DNA of 64,000 nt from Escherichia coli (lineage in GTDB: Bacteria; Pseudomonadota; Gammaproteobacteria; Enterobacterales; Enterobacteriaceae): the NCBI RefSeq assembly GCF_044324875.1, contig NZ_CP172185.1; one strand, written 5' to 3'. How positions within the stretch are numbered: the stretch's first letter is position 1; every line of letters starts with the position of its first letter. The notes under the pieces were generated by a model, which was not told the origin of the DNA, ran no database searches, and worked only from the letters and a program-made list of their open reading frames with translations. Both the position numbers and the translations under genes were made by a program. Positions 25,893 to 36,045 of the stretch are shown here, in pieces.

Positions 25893-26172
25893 GCAATAGT
25901 GTTAGCCGTTCGTTTTCACACTCCGCCCTATAAGTCGGATGAATGGAATAAAATGCATATCTGATTGCGTGAAAGTGAAAAAGAAAAAAGCAGGAAATGT
26001 CTGCAATTATTGATACCGAACGACAGTTCTCCCCCAGAATCACATCAAATAAAAATGCATGTATTTTGACTTTTAATTCAAATAAACCGTTTGCGCTGAC
26101 AAAATATTGCATCAAATGCTTGCACCGCTTCTGACGATGAGTATAATGCCGGACAATTTGCCGGGAGGATGT

Positions 26173-26307
26173 ATGGTTCAGTGTGTTCGACATTTTGTCT
26201 TACCGCGTCTGAAAAAAGACGCTGGCCTGCCGTTTTTCTTCCCGTTGATCACCCATTCCCAGCCCCTCAATCGAGGGGCTTTTTTTTGCCCAGGCGTCAG
26301 GAGATAA
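26173..26307 (+). CDS. pyrL: pyrBI operon leader peptide
   Basis: 44-codon ORF MVQCVRHFVLPRLKKDAGLPFFFPLITHSQPLNRGAFFCPGVRR ending 4 nt before pyrB; spans the attenuator. Confidence 0.85.
   Translation: MVQCVRHFVLPRLKKDAGLPFFFPLITHSQPLNRGAFFCPGVRR
26262..26290 (+). terminator. pyrBI transcriptional attenuator
   Basis: GCCCCTCAATCGAGGGGC hairpin followed by T8 inside the pyrL reading frame. Confidence 0.85.
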
Positions 26308-26310
26308 AAG

Positions 26311-27246
26311 ATGGCTAATCCGCTATATCAGAAACATATCATTTCCATAAACGACCTTAGTCGCGATGACCTTAATCTGGTGCTGGCGACAGCGGCGAAA
26401 CTGAAAGCAAACCCGCAACCAGAGCTGTTGAAGCACAAAGTCATTGCCAGCTGTTTCTTCGAAGCCTCTACCCGTACCCGCCTCTCTTTCGAAACTTCCA
26501 TGCACCGCCTGGGTGCCAGCGTGGTGGGCTTCTCCGACAGCGCCAATACATCACTGGGTAAAAAAGGCGAAACGCTGGCCGATACCATTTCGGTTATCAG
26601 CACTTACGTCGATGCGATAGTGATGCGTCATCCGCAGGAAGGTGCGGCGCGCCTGGCCACCGAATTTTCTGGCAATGTACCGGTACTGAATGCCGGTGAT
26701 GGCTCCAACCAACATCCGACGCAAACCTTGCTGGACTTATTCACCATTCAGGAAACCCAGGGGCGTCTGGACAATCTCCACGTCGCAATGGTTGGTGACC
26801 TGAAATATGGCCGCACCGTTCACTCCCTGACTCAGGCGTTAGCGAAGTTCGACGGCAACCGTTTTTACTTCATCGCGCCGGACGCGCTGGCAATGCCGCA
26901 ATACATTCTGGATATGCTTGATGAAAAAGGGATCGCCTGGAGTCTGCACAGCTCTATTGAAGAAGTGATGGCGGAAGTAGACATCCTGTACATGACCCGC
27001 GTGCAAAAAGAGCGTCTGGACCCGTCCGAGTACGCCAACGTGAAAGCGCAGTTTGTTCTTCGCGCCAGCGATCTCCACAACGCCAAAGCCAATATGAAAG
27101 TGCTGCATCCGCTGCCGCGTGTTGATGAGATTGCCACCGATGTTGATAAAACGCCGCACGCCTGGTACTTCCAGCAGGCAGGCAACGGGATTTTCGCTCG
27201 CCAGGCGTTACTGGCACTGGTTCTGAATCGCGATCTGGTACTGTAA
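26311..27246 (+). CDS. pyrB: Aspartate carbamoyltransferase catalytic subunit
   Basis: 311-aa [24 protein letters not shown]..; STRTR motif. Confidence 0.97.
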
Positions 27247-27258
27247 GGGGAAATAGAG

Positions 27259-27720
27259 ATGACACACGATAATAAATTGCAGGTTGAAGCTATTAAACGC
27301 GGCACGGTAATTGACCATATCCCCGCCCAGATCGGTTTTAAGCTGTTGAGTTTGTTCAAGCTGACCGAAACGGATCAGCGCATCACCATTGGTCTGAACC
27401 TGCCTTCTGGCGAGATGGGCCGCAAAGATCTGATCAAAATCGAAAATACCTTTTTGAGTGAAGATCAAGTAGACCAACTGGCATTGTATGCACCGCAAGC
27501 CACGGTTAACCGTATCGACAACTATGAAGTGGTGGGCAAATCGCGCCCCAGTCTGCCGGAGCGCATCGACAATGTGCTGGTCTGCCCGAACAGCAACTGT
27601 ATCAGCCATGCCGAACCGGTTTCTTCCAGCTTTGCCGTGCGAAAACGCGCCAATGACATCGCGCTCAAATGCAAATACTGTGAAAAAGAGTTTTCCCATA
27701 ATGTGGTGCTGGCCAATTAA
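27259..27720 (+). CDS. pyrI: Aspartate carbamoyltransferase regulatory subunit
   Basis: 153-aa ORF with C-terminal Zn-binding Cys cluster (CPNSNC..CKYCEK). Confidence 0.97.
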
Positions 27721-27792
27721 TTGCGGTTGGTAATAAAAGTCTGGCTCCCTATAATGAGCCAGACTTTTTACCGCTGTAATAAAGGAGAAATC

Positions 27793-28179
27793 ATGAGCAA
27801 AACTATCGCGACGGAAAATGCACCGGCAGCTATCGGTCCTTACGTACAGGGCGTTGATCTGGGCAATATGATCATCACCTCCGGTCAGATCCCGGTAAAT
27901 CCGAAAACGGGCGAAGTACCTGCAGACGTCACTGCACAGGCTCGTCAGTCGCTGGATAACGTAAAAGCGATCGTCGAAGCCGCTGGCCTGAAAGTGGGCG
28001 ACATCGTTAAAACTACCGTGTTTGTAAAAGATCTGAACGACTTCGCAACCGTTAATGCTACCTACGAAGCCTTCTTCACCGAACACAACGCCACCTTCCC
28101 GGCACGTTCTTGCGTTGAAGTTGCCCGTCTGCCGAAAGACGTGAAGATTGAGATCGAAGCGATCGCTGTTCGTCGCTAA
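27793..28179 (+). CDS. ridA: Enamine/imine deaminase RidA
   Basis: 128 aa from MSKTIATENAPAAIGPYVQG; the ORF-track N-terminal extension is rejected. Confidence 0.93.
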   Translation: MSKTIATENAPAAIGPYVQGVDLGNMIITSGQIPVNPKTGEVPADVTAQARQSLDNVKAIVEAAGLKVGDIVKTTVFVKDLNDFATVNATYEAFFTEHNATFPARSCVEVARLPKDVKIEIEAIAVRR

Positions 28180-28199
28180 TCTTGATGGAAATCCGGGCT

Positions 28200-28330
28200 A
28201 TCATGCCCGGATTAAGTCTGATGACAAACGCAAAATCGCCTGATGCGCTACGCTTATTAGGCCTACGTGATTCCTGCAATTTATTGAATTTGTAGGCCGG
28301 ATTGGGCGTTTACGCCGCATCCGGCATGAA
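28200..28330. repeat. REP element(s) downstream of ridA
   Basis: GCCTGATGCGCTACGCTTATTAGGCCTAC and GTAGGCCGGATTGGGCGTTTACGCCGCATCCGGCA palindromic units. Confidence 0.85.
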
Positions 28331-28384
28331 CAAAGCTCACTTTGTCTGCAATATGAATTCGGGCCACCATGCCCAGTTTATTCT

Positions 28385-31081
28385 TTACTGCCAGCCGTAA
28401 CGACGGCTATAGAACCCTTTCACCAACTGGGTTAACGTCATATACCCTGCCAGAATCGCAACCAGCCACGGGAAATAGCTTAACGGCAGCGCCTGCAGCT
28501 GCAGATAACTGGCCAGCGGTGAAAACGGCAATGCGATCCCGACAATCATCACGATCACGGTCATGATCATTAACGGCCACGATGCACAGCTCTGAATAAA
28601 CGGTACACGACGGGTGCGGATCATATGCACAATCAGCGTTTGCGACAGTAAGCCCACCACAAACCAGCCCGACTGGAACAGCGTTTGCGTTTCCGGCGTG
28701 TTGGCATGGAATACCCACCACATCAGGCAAAACGTCAGAATATCGAAGATCGAGCTGATCGGTCCGAAGAAGATCATAAAGCGCCCCAGATCCGCCGGAT
28801 TCCAACGCTGCGGCTTTTGAATTTGCTCGTCGTCGACGTTATCAAACGGGATCGCCACCTGTGACACATCGTACAGCAGGTTCTGAATAAGCAAGTGTAA
28901 CGGCAACATCGGCAGGAAGGGCAAGAAAGCACTCGCCACCAGCACGCTGAACACATTACCGAAGTGAGAACTCGCCGTCATTTTGATGTATTTCAGCATG
29001 TTGGCGAAAGTGCGACGTCCCTCAATAACCCCCTCTTCCAGCACCATCAGGCTTTTTTCCAGCAGGATGATATCAGCCGCTTCACGGGCAATATCTACCG
29101 CGCCGTCCACAGAAATGCCGATATCCGCAGCACGTAAGGCGGGCGCATCATTTATACCATCGCCCATAAAGCCAACCACATGCCCTTCGCGCTTCAGTAA
29201 GGTCACAATGCGTTCTTTATGCATCGGCGTCAGGCGAGCAAACAGCGTGGAGCGCTGTGCGAGATTTGCCAGTTCGTCGTCAGATAGCGTTTCAATATCA
29301 CTACCAATGACCACCTCTCCCGCGTCCAGCCCCACTTCATGGCACACTTTCGCTGCAACTAACTCACTGTCGCCAGTAAGGATTTTTACGGTAATGCCAC
29401 TCGCTTTTAATGCCTTCAGTGCCGGAGCAGTTGTCTCTTTTGGCGGATCAAGGAAAGCAATATATCCTTCGAGGATCAGGTCGGATTCATCCGCTCGCTG
29501 GTAATCGCCTTCACGCGCTGGCAGGTATTTCGTCGCCACCGCAACCACGCGCAGCCCCTGACGATTCAGCGTATCAGTAACCCGCTTAATCTTACGCAGC
29601 ATGATGTCATCGAGTGGTACAATCTCGCCATTGTGACGCACCTGCGAACACACATTGAGGATTTCCTGCAATGCACCTTTGCAAACCAGCTGATGGTGCT
29701 CGGTATTTTCTGCCACTACCACCGACATCCGGCGACGCTCGAAATCAAACGGAATCTCATCAATTTTTTGCCAACGGCTGGCCAGCGAGCGCGCTGACTC
29801 TTCATCCGTACCTTCGAGCACCGCGGTATCAAGCAGGTTTTTAAGTCCGGTCTGGTAATGACTGTTCAACCACGCGCTATGCAGCACGCGTTCGCTGGTT
29901 TTACCGGAGATATCGGTATGATTCTCCAGCACAATTTTGTCCTGCGTCAGGGTGCCGGTTTTATCAGTGCACAGAATATCCATTGCGCCAAAGTTCTGAA
30001 TGGCATCCAGATGCTTGACGATCACTTTCTGTTTCGACAGCTTTACTGCGCCGCGCGCCAGCGTCGAGGTAACAATCATCGGCAACATTTCTGGCGTTAA
30101 GCCTACCGCGACCGAAAGCGCAAACAGTGCCGCTTCCCACCAGTCACCTTTGGTGTAACCGTTGATAAGCAACACCACCGGAGCCATCACCAGCATAAAG
30201 CGAATCAGCAGCATGCTGACGCGGCTGATCCCTTGCTGAAAGGCATTCGGCTCGCTTTCCTGCTCACTAACACGCCCCGCCAGTTGACCAAACCAAGTGT
30301 TGGCTCCTGTAGCAATCACCATTGCTTGTGCCGTGCCGCTCACCACGGTGGTGCCCATAAAACACAGGGTGTCGCACTCCAGCGGATTGCTGTGCTCCGG
30401 CTGGCGAGTGGTTGCAGCTTTTTCTACGGGCAGAGACTCGCCGGTTAACGACGCCTGAGCGACGAACAGATCCCGCGCCTGCAAGATACGTAAATCTGCC
30501 GGGATCATATCTCCCGCCGCCAGTTTTATAATATCGCCGGGCACCAGCTGGTCGATCGGGATCTCCAGCCAGCCATTTTCGCCTTTGTCGTTAATTACGC
30601 GCAGCACCGTCGCGGTATTGCTGACCATCGCTTTCAGGGCATCTGCCGCTTTAGTGGAACGTGCTTCCTGAATAAAGTTCAGCAACGTAGAAATAGCGAC
30701 CATTAGCGCGATAACACCCGCGGCAAATAAATCTTCCGTGGCGTAAGAAATAGCGCCGAGAATGGTGAGTAAAATATTAAAGGGGTTGCGATAGCAGACC
30801 CATAAATGAACCCACCACGGCGACGGTTGTTGTGCGGGTAATTTATTTTCACCATGTTGTTCGCGGGCAGATTCCACTTCCGCCTGATTTAATCCTTCCG
30901 GATGGGTGTCGAACGTTTTCCACAATTCTTCTTCGGGCATCACCGCCATTTTCAGGCAATGCGCACTTAAGGACGGCGGGACCGCCGTATTCACTGTCTG
31001 CTGCGCGCCAGGCAATGGATCGCGATGAACCAGACGGGAAGGTAAATGGCGAATGAACCGGGTAAAAATTTCTTTAAACAT
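28385..31081 (-). CDS. mgtA: Mg2+-importing P-type ATPase
   Basis: 898-aa ORF; DKTGTLT phosphorylation motif, TGDGINDAPAL hinge motif. Confidence 0.97.
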   Translation of the reverse strand: MFKEIFTRFIRHLPSRLVHRDPLPGAQQTVNTAVPPSLSAHCLKMAVMPEEELWKTFDTHPEGLNQAEVESAREQHGENKLPAQQPSPWWVHLWVCYRNPFNILLTILGAISYATEDLFAAGVIALMVAISTLLNFIQEARSTKAADALKAMVSNTATVLRVINDKGENGWLEIPIDQLVPGDIIKLAAGDMIPADLRILQARDLFVAQASLTGESLPVEKAATTRQPEHSNPLECDTLCFMGTTVVSGTAQAMVIATGANTWFGQLAGRVSEQESEPNAFQQGISRVSMLLIRFMLVMAPVVLLINGYTKGDWWEAALFALSVAVGLTPEMLPMIVTSTLARGAVKLSKQKVIVKHLDAIQNFGAMDILCTDKTGTLTQDKIVLENHTDISGKTSERVLHSAWLNSHYQTGLKNLLDTAVLEGTDEESARSLASRWQKIDEIPFDFERRRMSVVVAENTEHHQLVCKGALQEILNVCSQVRHNGEIVPLDDIMLRKIKRVTDTLNRQGLRVVAVATKYLPAREGDYQRADESDLILEGYIAFLDPPKETTAPALKALKASGITVKILTGDSELVAAKVCHEVGLDAGEVVIGSDIETLSDDELANLAQRSTLFARLTPMHKERIVTLLKREGHVVGFMGDGINDAPALRAADIGISVDGAVDIAREAADIILLEKSLMVLEEGVIEGRRTFANMLKYIKMTASSHFGNVFSVLVASAFLPFLPMLPLHLLIQNLLYDVSQVAIPFDNVDDEQIQKPQRWNPADLGRFMIFFGPISSIFDILTFCLMWWVFHANTPETQTLFQSGWFVVGLLSQTLIVHMIRTRRVPFIQSCASWPLMIMTVIVMIVGIALPFSPLASYLQLQALPLSYFPWLVAILAGYMTLTQLVKGFYSRRYGWQ

Positions 31082-31350
31082 AAGGAGTCCCTCCGCACTG
31101 TCTGAAACAGTACAGAAATGTCTTCAGGCGTGGCGAAGCCTTACCTGAAGGTAATAAAGCTGAGCAGGGACGTTAAAACGTCACGGCCTTACGCATCCGG
31201 TAACGCCGTGAAAAGACGGGCTTACCGGAAAAGTTTTAATCTCCGTCGAGGGAGAGGCGTGGGATCAGGTTCCATATAACCTCCGGTAAGTGAAAAAAGC
31301 GCCGCAAATAATAAGGAGAATCCAATAATATTCGTAGCATCTATGGCGAT
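31082..31350 (-). promoter_or_regulatory. mgtA 5' leader (Mg2+/proline-responsive) including the mgtL leader ORF
   Basis: Long untranslated leader upstream of mgtA containing a 17-codon proline-rich ORF; known regulatory architecture in enterobacteria. Confidence 0.6.
31222..31275 (-). CDS. mgtL: mgtA leader peptide
   Basis: 17-codon [20 protein letters not shown] within the leader. Confidence 0.7.
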
Positions 31351-31459
31351 ATAATACCTGCTGGCAACTAAACCAACGATAAACCAGACTTTACCCATTG
31401 CTGAATGCACGGGTAAAGTTAGGCTCAAATAATTAAACAACACGTTACGGGACAACAGG

Positions 31460-32407
31460 ATGCAAAATCGGCTGACCATCAAAGACATCGCGCGCTTAAG
31501 CGGCGTGGGGAAATCTACGGTTTCCCGGGTGCTGAATAACGAAAGCGGCGTGAGCCAGCGCACGCGCGAGCGTGTTGAAGCAGTGATGAATCAGCATGGA
31601 TTTTCCCCTTCCCGCTCTGCGCGCGCTATGCGTGGGCAAAGCGATAAAGTGGTCGCCATCATTGTTACCCGTCTGGATTCGTTGTCAGAAAATCTCGCCG
31701 TTCAAACCATGCTGCCAGCGTTCTATGAACAAGGTTACGATCCAATCATGATGGAAAGTCAGTTTTCCCCGCAATTAGTTGCCGAACATTTGGGGGTGCT
31801 GAAACGGCGTAATATCGACGGCGTAGTGCTGTTCGGTTTTACCGGCATAACAGAAGAAATGTTAGCCCACTGGCAGTCATCGCTGGTTCTGCTGGCGCGT
31901 GACGCAAAAGGCTTTGCTTCGGTCTGTTATGACGACGAAGGGGCAATCAAGATCCTGATGCAACGGCTGTATGACCAGGGACATCGTAATATCAGTTATC
32001 TCGGCGTGCCGCACAGTGACGTGACGACCGGTAAGCGACGTCACGAAGCCTACCTGGCGTTCTGCAAAGCGCATAAACTGCATCCCGTTGCCGCCCTGCC
32101 AGGCCTTGCTATGAAGCAAGGCTATGAGAACGTAGCAAAAGTGATTACGCCTGAAACTACCGCCTTACTGTGCGCAACCGACACGCTGGCACTTGGTGCA
32201 AGTAAATACCTGCAAGAGCAACGCATCGACACCTTGCAACTGGCGAGCGTCGGTAATACACCGTTAATGAAATTCCTCCATCCGGAGATCGTCACCGTAG
32301 ATCCCGGTTACGCCGAAGCTGGACGCCAGGCGGCCTGCCAGTTGATCGCGCAGGTAACCGGGCGCAGCGAACCGCAACAAATCATCATCCCCGCCACCCT
32401 GTCCTGA
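31460..32407 (+). CDS. treR: Trehalose operon repressor (LacI family)
   Basis: 315-aa ORF MQNRLTIKDIARLSGVGKSTVSRVLN (LacI HTH). Confidence 0.93.
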   Translation: MQNRLTIKDIARLSGVGKSTVSRVLNNESGVSQRTRERVEAVMNQHGFSPSRSARAMRGQSDKVVAIIVTRLDSLSENLAVQTMLPAFYEQGYDPIMMESQFSPQLVAEHLGVLKRRNIDGVVLFGFTGITEEMLAHWQSSLVLLARDAKGFASVCYDDEGAIKILMQRLYDQGHRNISYLGVPHSDVTTGKRRHEAYLAFCKAHKLHPVAALPGLAMKQGYENVAKVITPETTALLCATDTLALGASKYLQEQRIDTLQLASVGNTPLMKFLHPEIVTVDPGYAEAGRQAACQLIAQVTGRSEPQQIIIPATLS

Positions 32408-32446
32408 TCGTTTCCTGAACGATAAATTGTGATCTTCGCTGCGTTT

Positions 32447-32460
32447 CGGGAACGTTCCCG
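32447..32460 (+). promoter_or_regulatory. Palindrome in treB promoter (candidate TreR operator)
   Basis: Perfect palindrome CGGGAACGTTCCCG about 65 bp upstream of treB, with a CRP-like TGTGA half-site nearby. Confidence 0.45.
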
Positions 32461-32525
32461 TTTTTAAATTTTTCCGCGCAATATATTCTGCAGCCAACCA
32501 AAAATGTCATCTGCCATGGGGCTTT

Positions 32526-33947
32526 ATGATGAGCAAAATAAACCAAACGGATATCGATCGGTTGATTGAACTGGTCGGCGGGCGCGGCAATATTGCGACG
32601 GTGAGCCACTGTATTACTCGTCTGCGCTTTGTCCTCAACCAACCGGCCAATGCCAGACCGAAAGAAATTGAGCAACTCCCCATGGTGAAAGGCTGTTTCA
32701 CCAATGCCGGGCAATTTCAGGTGGTGATTGGCACCAACGTGGGTGATTACTATCAAGCACTGATAGCGTCAACCGGACAGGCGCAGGTTGATAAAGAGCA
32801 GGTAAAAAAAGCCGCCCGGCAGAATATGAAATGGCATGAGCAGTTGATCTCTCATTTCGCGGAGATCTTCTTCCCGTTGCTGCCCGCGCTGATTAGCGGC
32901 GGTTTGATCCTCGGTTTTCGCAATGTGATCGGCGATTTGCCCATGAGCAACGGTCAGACGCTGGCGCAAATGTACCCTTCCCTGCAAACGATCTACGATT
33001 TTCTGTGGTTGATCGGTGAAGCGATTTTCTTCTACCTGCCGGTCGGGATTTGCTGGTCAGCGGTGAAAAAAATGGGCGGCACGCCGATCCTTGGTATCGT
33101 GCTTGGCGTAACGCTGGTTTCTCCACAGCTGATGAACGCTTATCTGCTCGGGCAGCAGCTGCCGGAAGTGTGGGACTTTGGCATGTTCAGCATCGCCAAA
33201 GTGGGCTATCAGGCGCAGGTGATCCCGGCACTGTTAGCCGGGCTGGCGCTGGGCGTTATTGAAACTCGTCTTAAGCGCATCGTGCCGGATTACCTCTATC
33301 TGGTGGTGGTGCCCGTCTGTTCGCTGATCCTCGCGGTGTTCCTCGCCCATGCGCTGATTGGTCCGTTTGGTCGCATGATTGGCGATGGCGTTGCCTTTGC
33401 GGTACGTCACCTGATGACCGGCAGCTTTGCTCCGATTGGCGCGGCATTGTTTGGCTTCCTGTACGCCCCGCTGGTGATCACCGGCGTACACCAGACCACG
33501 CTTGCTATTGATTTGCAGATGATTCAAAGCATGGGTGGCACGCCAGTGTGGCCGCTGATTGCACTGTCGAATATCGCTCAGGGCTCCGCCGTGATAGGTA
33601 TTATCATTTCCAGCCGCAAGCACAATGAACGCGAGATCTCCGTGCCTGCCGCTATCTCCGCCTGGCTTGGAGTCACTGAGCCTGCTATGTACGGCATCAA
33701 CCTGAAATATCGCTTCCCGATGCTGTGCGCGATGATTGGTTCTGGTCTGGCAGGATTGCTATGCGGCCTGAACGGCGTTATGGCGAATGGCATCGGCGTA
33801 GGCGGCCTGCCGGGAATTCTCTCGATTCAACCGAGCTACTGGCAGGTGTTTGCGCTGGCAATGGCTATCGCCATCATCATCCCGATTGTACTCACCTCGT
33901 TTATCTATCAGCGGAAATACCGCCTGGGCACGCTGGACATTGTTTAA
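32526..33947 (+). CDS. treB: PTS trehalose-specific EIIBC component
   Basis: 473-aa ORF; N-terminal EIIB Cys motif (VSHCITRLRF), polytopic EIIC. Confidence 0.95.
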   Translation: MMSKINQTDIDRLIELVGGRGNIATVSHCITRLRFVLNQPANARPKEIEQLPMVKGCFTNAGQFQVVIGTNVGDYYQALIASTGQAQVDKEQVKKAARQNMKWHEQLISHFAEIFFPLLPALISGGLILGFRNVIGDLPMSNGQTLAQMYPSLQTIYDFLWLIGEAIFFYLPVGICWSAVKKMGGTPILGIVLGVTLVSPQLMNAYLLGQQLPEVWDFGMFSIAKVGYQAQVIPALLAGLALGVIETRLKRIVPDYLYLVVVPVCSLILAVFLAHALIGPFGRMIGDGVAFAVRHLMTGSFAPIGAALFGFLYAPLVITGVHQTTLAIDLQMIQSMGGTPVWPLIALSNIAQGSAVIGIIISSRKHNEREISVPAAISAWLGVTEPAMYGINLKYRFPMLCAMIGSGLAGLLCGLNGVMANGIGVGGLPGILSIQPSYWQVFALAMAIAIIIPIVLTSFIYQRKYRLGTLDIV

Positions 33948-33996
33948 TTTTCTTCGGGGCGCAATTGCGCCCCCTCGCATTTGCAGGAATAACGTA

Positions 33997-35652
33997 ATGA
34001 CTCATCTTCCCCACTGGTGGCAAAACGGCGTTATCTACCAGATTTATCCAAAGAGTTTTCAGGACACCACGGGTAGCGGCACCGGCGATTTACGTGGCGT
34101 TATCCAACGCCTGGACTATCTGCATAAACTGGGCGTTGATGCCATCTGGCTAACCCCCTTTTATGTCTCTCCCCAGGTCGATAACGGTTACGACGTAGCG
34201 AATTATACGGCGATTGATCCCACCTATGGCACGCTGGACGATTTTGACGAACTGGTGACGCAGGCAAAATCTCGCGGGATTCGTATCATTCTCGATATGG
34301 TGTTTAACCATACCTCTACCCAACATGCCTGGTTTCGCGAGGCGCTGAACAAAGAAAGCCCTTACCGCCAGTTTTATATCTGGCGCGATGGCGAACCAGA
34401 AACGCCACCGAACAACTGGCGTTCAAAATTTGGCGGTAGTGCGTGGCGCTGGCATGCGGAAAGCGAACAGTACTATTTGCATCTCTTTGCACCAGAACAG
34501 GCGGATCTCAACTGGGAGAATCCAGCGGTACGCGCAGAGCTGAAAAAAGTCTGTGAGTTCTGGGCCGATCGTGGGGTCGACGGGTTGCGGCTGGATGTGG
34601 TGAATCTGATCTCCAAAGATCCGCGTTACCCTGAAGACCTGGATGGCGACGGGCGTCGCTTCTACACCGACGGGCCACGAGCACACGAGTTTTTGCACGA
34701 GATGAACCGCGATGTGTTTACGCCACGCGGGTTAATGACCGTAGGTGAAATGTCCTCCACCAGCCTTGAGCATTGCCAGCGATACGCGGCTCTGACAGGC
34801 AGTGAATTGTCGATGACCTTTAATTTTCATCACCTGAAGGTCGATTATCCCGGTGGTGAGAAATGGACGCTGGCTAAACCTGACTTTGTGGCGTTGAAAA
34901 CATTGTTCCGCCACTGGCAACAAGGAATGCACAACGTGGCATGGAATGCCTTGTTCTGGTGTAACCACGATCAGCCGCGCATTGTTTCTCGCTTTGGTGA
35001 TGAAGGTGAATACCGCGTGCCTGCGGCAAAAATGCTGGCGATGGTGCTGCATGGCATGCAGGGAACGCCGTATATCTACCAGGGCGAAGAGATTGGCATG
35101 ACCAACCCGCATTTCACGCGCATTACTGACTATCGCGACGTGGAGAGCCTCAATATGTTTGCCGAGCTGCGCAACGATGGTCGTGATGCCGACGAGTTAT
35201 TGGCAATCCTCGCCAGTAAATCCCGTGACAACAGTCGCACCCCCATGCAATGGAGCAACGGCGATAATGCCGGGTTTACGGCTGGCGAACCGTGGATTAG
35301 CCTGGGCGATAACTATCAGGAAATCAACGTAGAAGCTGCGCTGACCGATGAGTCCTCGGTGTTTTACACCTACCAAAAGTTAATCGCACTGCGTAAGCAA
35401 GAAGCCGTCCTGACATGGGGCGATTACCAGGATCTGCTGCCAAACAGCCCTGTATTGTGGTGCTATCGCCGTGAATGGAAGGGGCAAACCTTGTTGGTCA
35501 TTGCCAACCTTAGCCGTGAGACCCAACCCTGGCAGCCAGGGAAAATGCTCGGCAACTGGCAGCTTGTGATGCATAACTACGAAGAAGCCTCACCACAACC
35601 CTGTGCCATGACTTTACGGCCTTTTGAGGCTGTCTGGTGGTTACAGAAGTAA
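33997..35652 (+). CDS. treC: Trehalose-6-phosphate hydrolase (GH13)
   Basis: 551 aa from MTHLPHWWQNGVIYQIYPKSF; GH13 motifs (GVDGLRLDVVN, EIGM); ORF-track upstream extension rejected. Confidence 0.95.
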   Translation: MTHLPHWWQNGVIYQIYPKSFQDTTGSGTGDLRGVIQRLDYLHKLGVDAIWLTPFYVSPQVDNGYDVANYTAIDPTYGTLDDFDELVTQAKSRGIRIILDMVFNHTSTQHAWFREALNKESPYRQFYIWRDGEPETPPNNWRSKFGGSAWRWHAESEQYYLHLFAPEQADLNWENPAVRAELKKVCEFWADRGVDGLRLDVVNLISKDPRYPEDLDGDGRRFYTDGPRAHEFLHEMNRDVFTPRGLMTVGEMSSTSLEHCQRYAALTGSELSMTFNFHHLKVDYPGGEKWTLAKPDFVALKTLFRHWQQGMHNVAWNALFWCNHDQPRIVSRFGDEGEYRVPAAKMLAMVLHGMQGTPYIYQGEEIGMTNPHFTRITDYRDVESLNMFAELRNDGRDADELLAILASKSRDNSRTPMQWSNGDNAGFTAGEPWISLGDNYQEINVEAALTDESSVFYTYQKLIALRKQEAVLTWGDYQDLLPNSPVLWCYRREWKGQTLLVIANLSRETQPWQPGKMLGNWQLVMHNYEEASPQPCAMTLRPFEAVWWLQK

Positions 35653-36045
35653 ATCTTCGCTAAGCCCCGGTAATGCCTGTCATTCCGGGGTTTTGCCTGT
35701 CAGTATGTTGTTTTTGTTGATTTTATAATCAAAAAATTCATTAAAAAATTTACATATCGCTGTAGCGCCCGTCATCCGTACGCTCTGCTTTTTACTTTGA
35801 GCTACATCAAAAAAAGTTCAAACATCCTTGATGCAAAGCACTATATATAGACTTTAAAATGCGTCCCAACCCAATATGTTGTATTAATCGACTATAATTG
35901 CTACTACAGCTCCCCACGAAAAAGGTGCGGCGTTGTGGATAAGCGGATGGCGATTGCGGAAAGCACCGGAAAACGAAACAAAAAAACCGGAAAACGTCTT
36001 TCCCAATTTCTGTGGATAACCTGTTCTTAAAAATATGGAGCGATC

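Noticed and set aside
27208-28086. 292-aa minus-strand ORF spanning pyrI and ridA
   Set aside because: Overlaps two well-supported plus-strand genes and their intergenic terminator; not plausible as a gene.
33850-33996. Upstream extension of treC overlapping the end of treB
   Set aside because: The TreC N-terminus MTHLPHWWQNG at 33997 matches the GH13 family start; the extension is out-of-context sequence overlapping treB.
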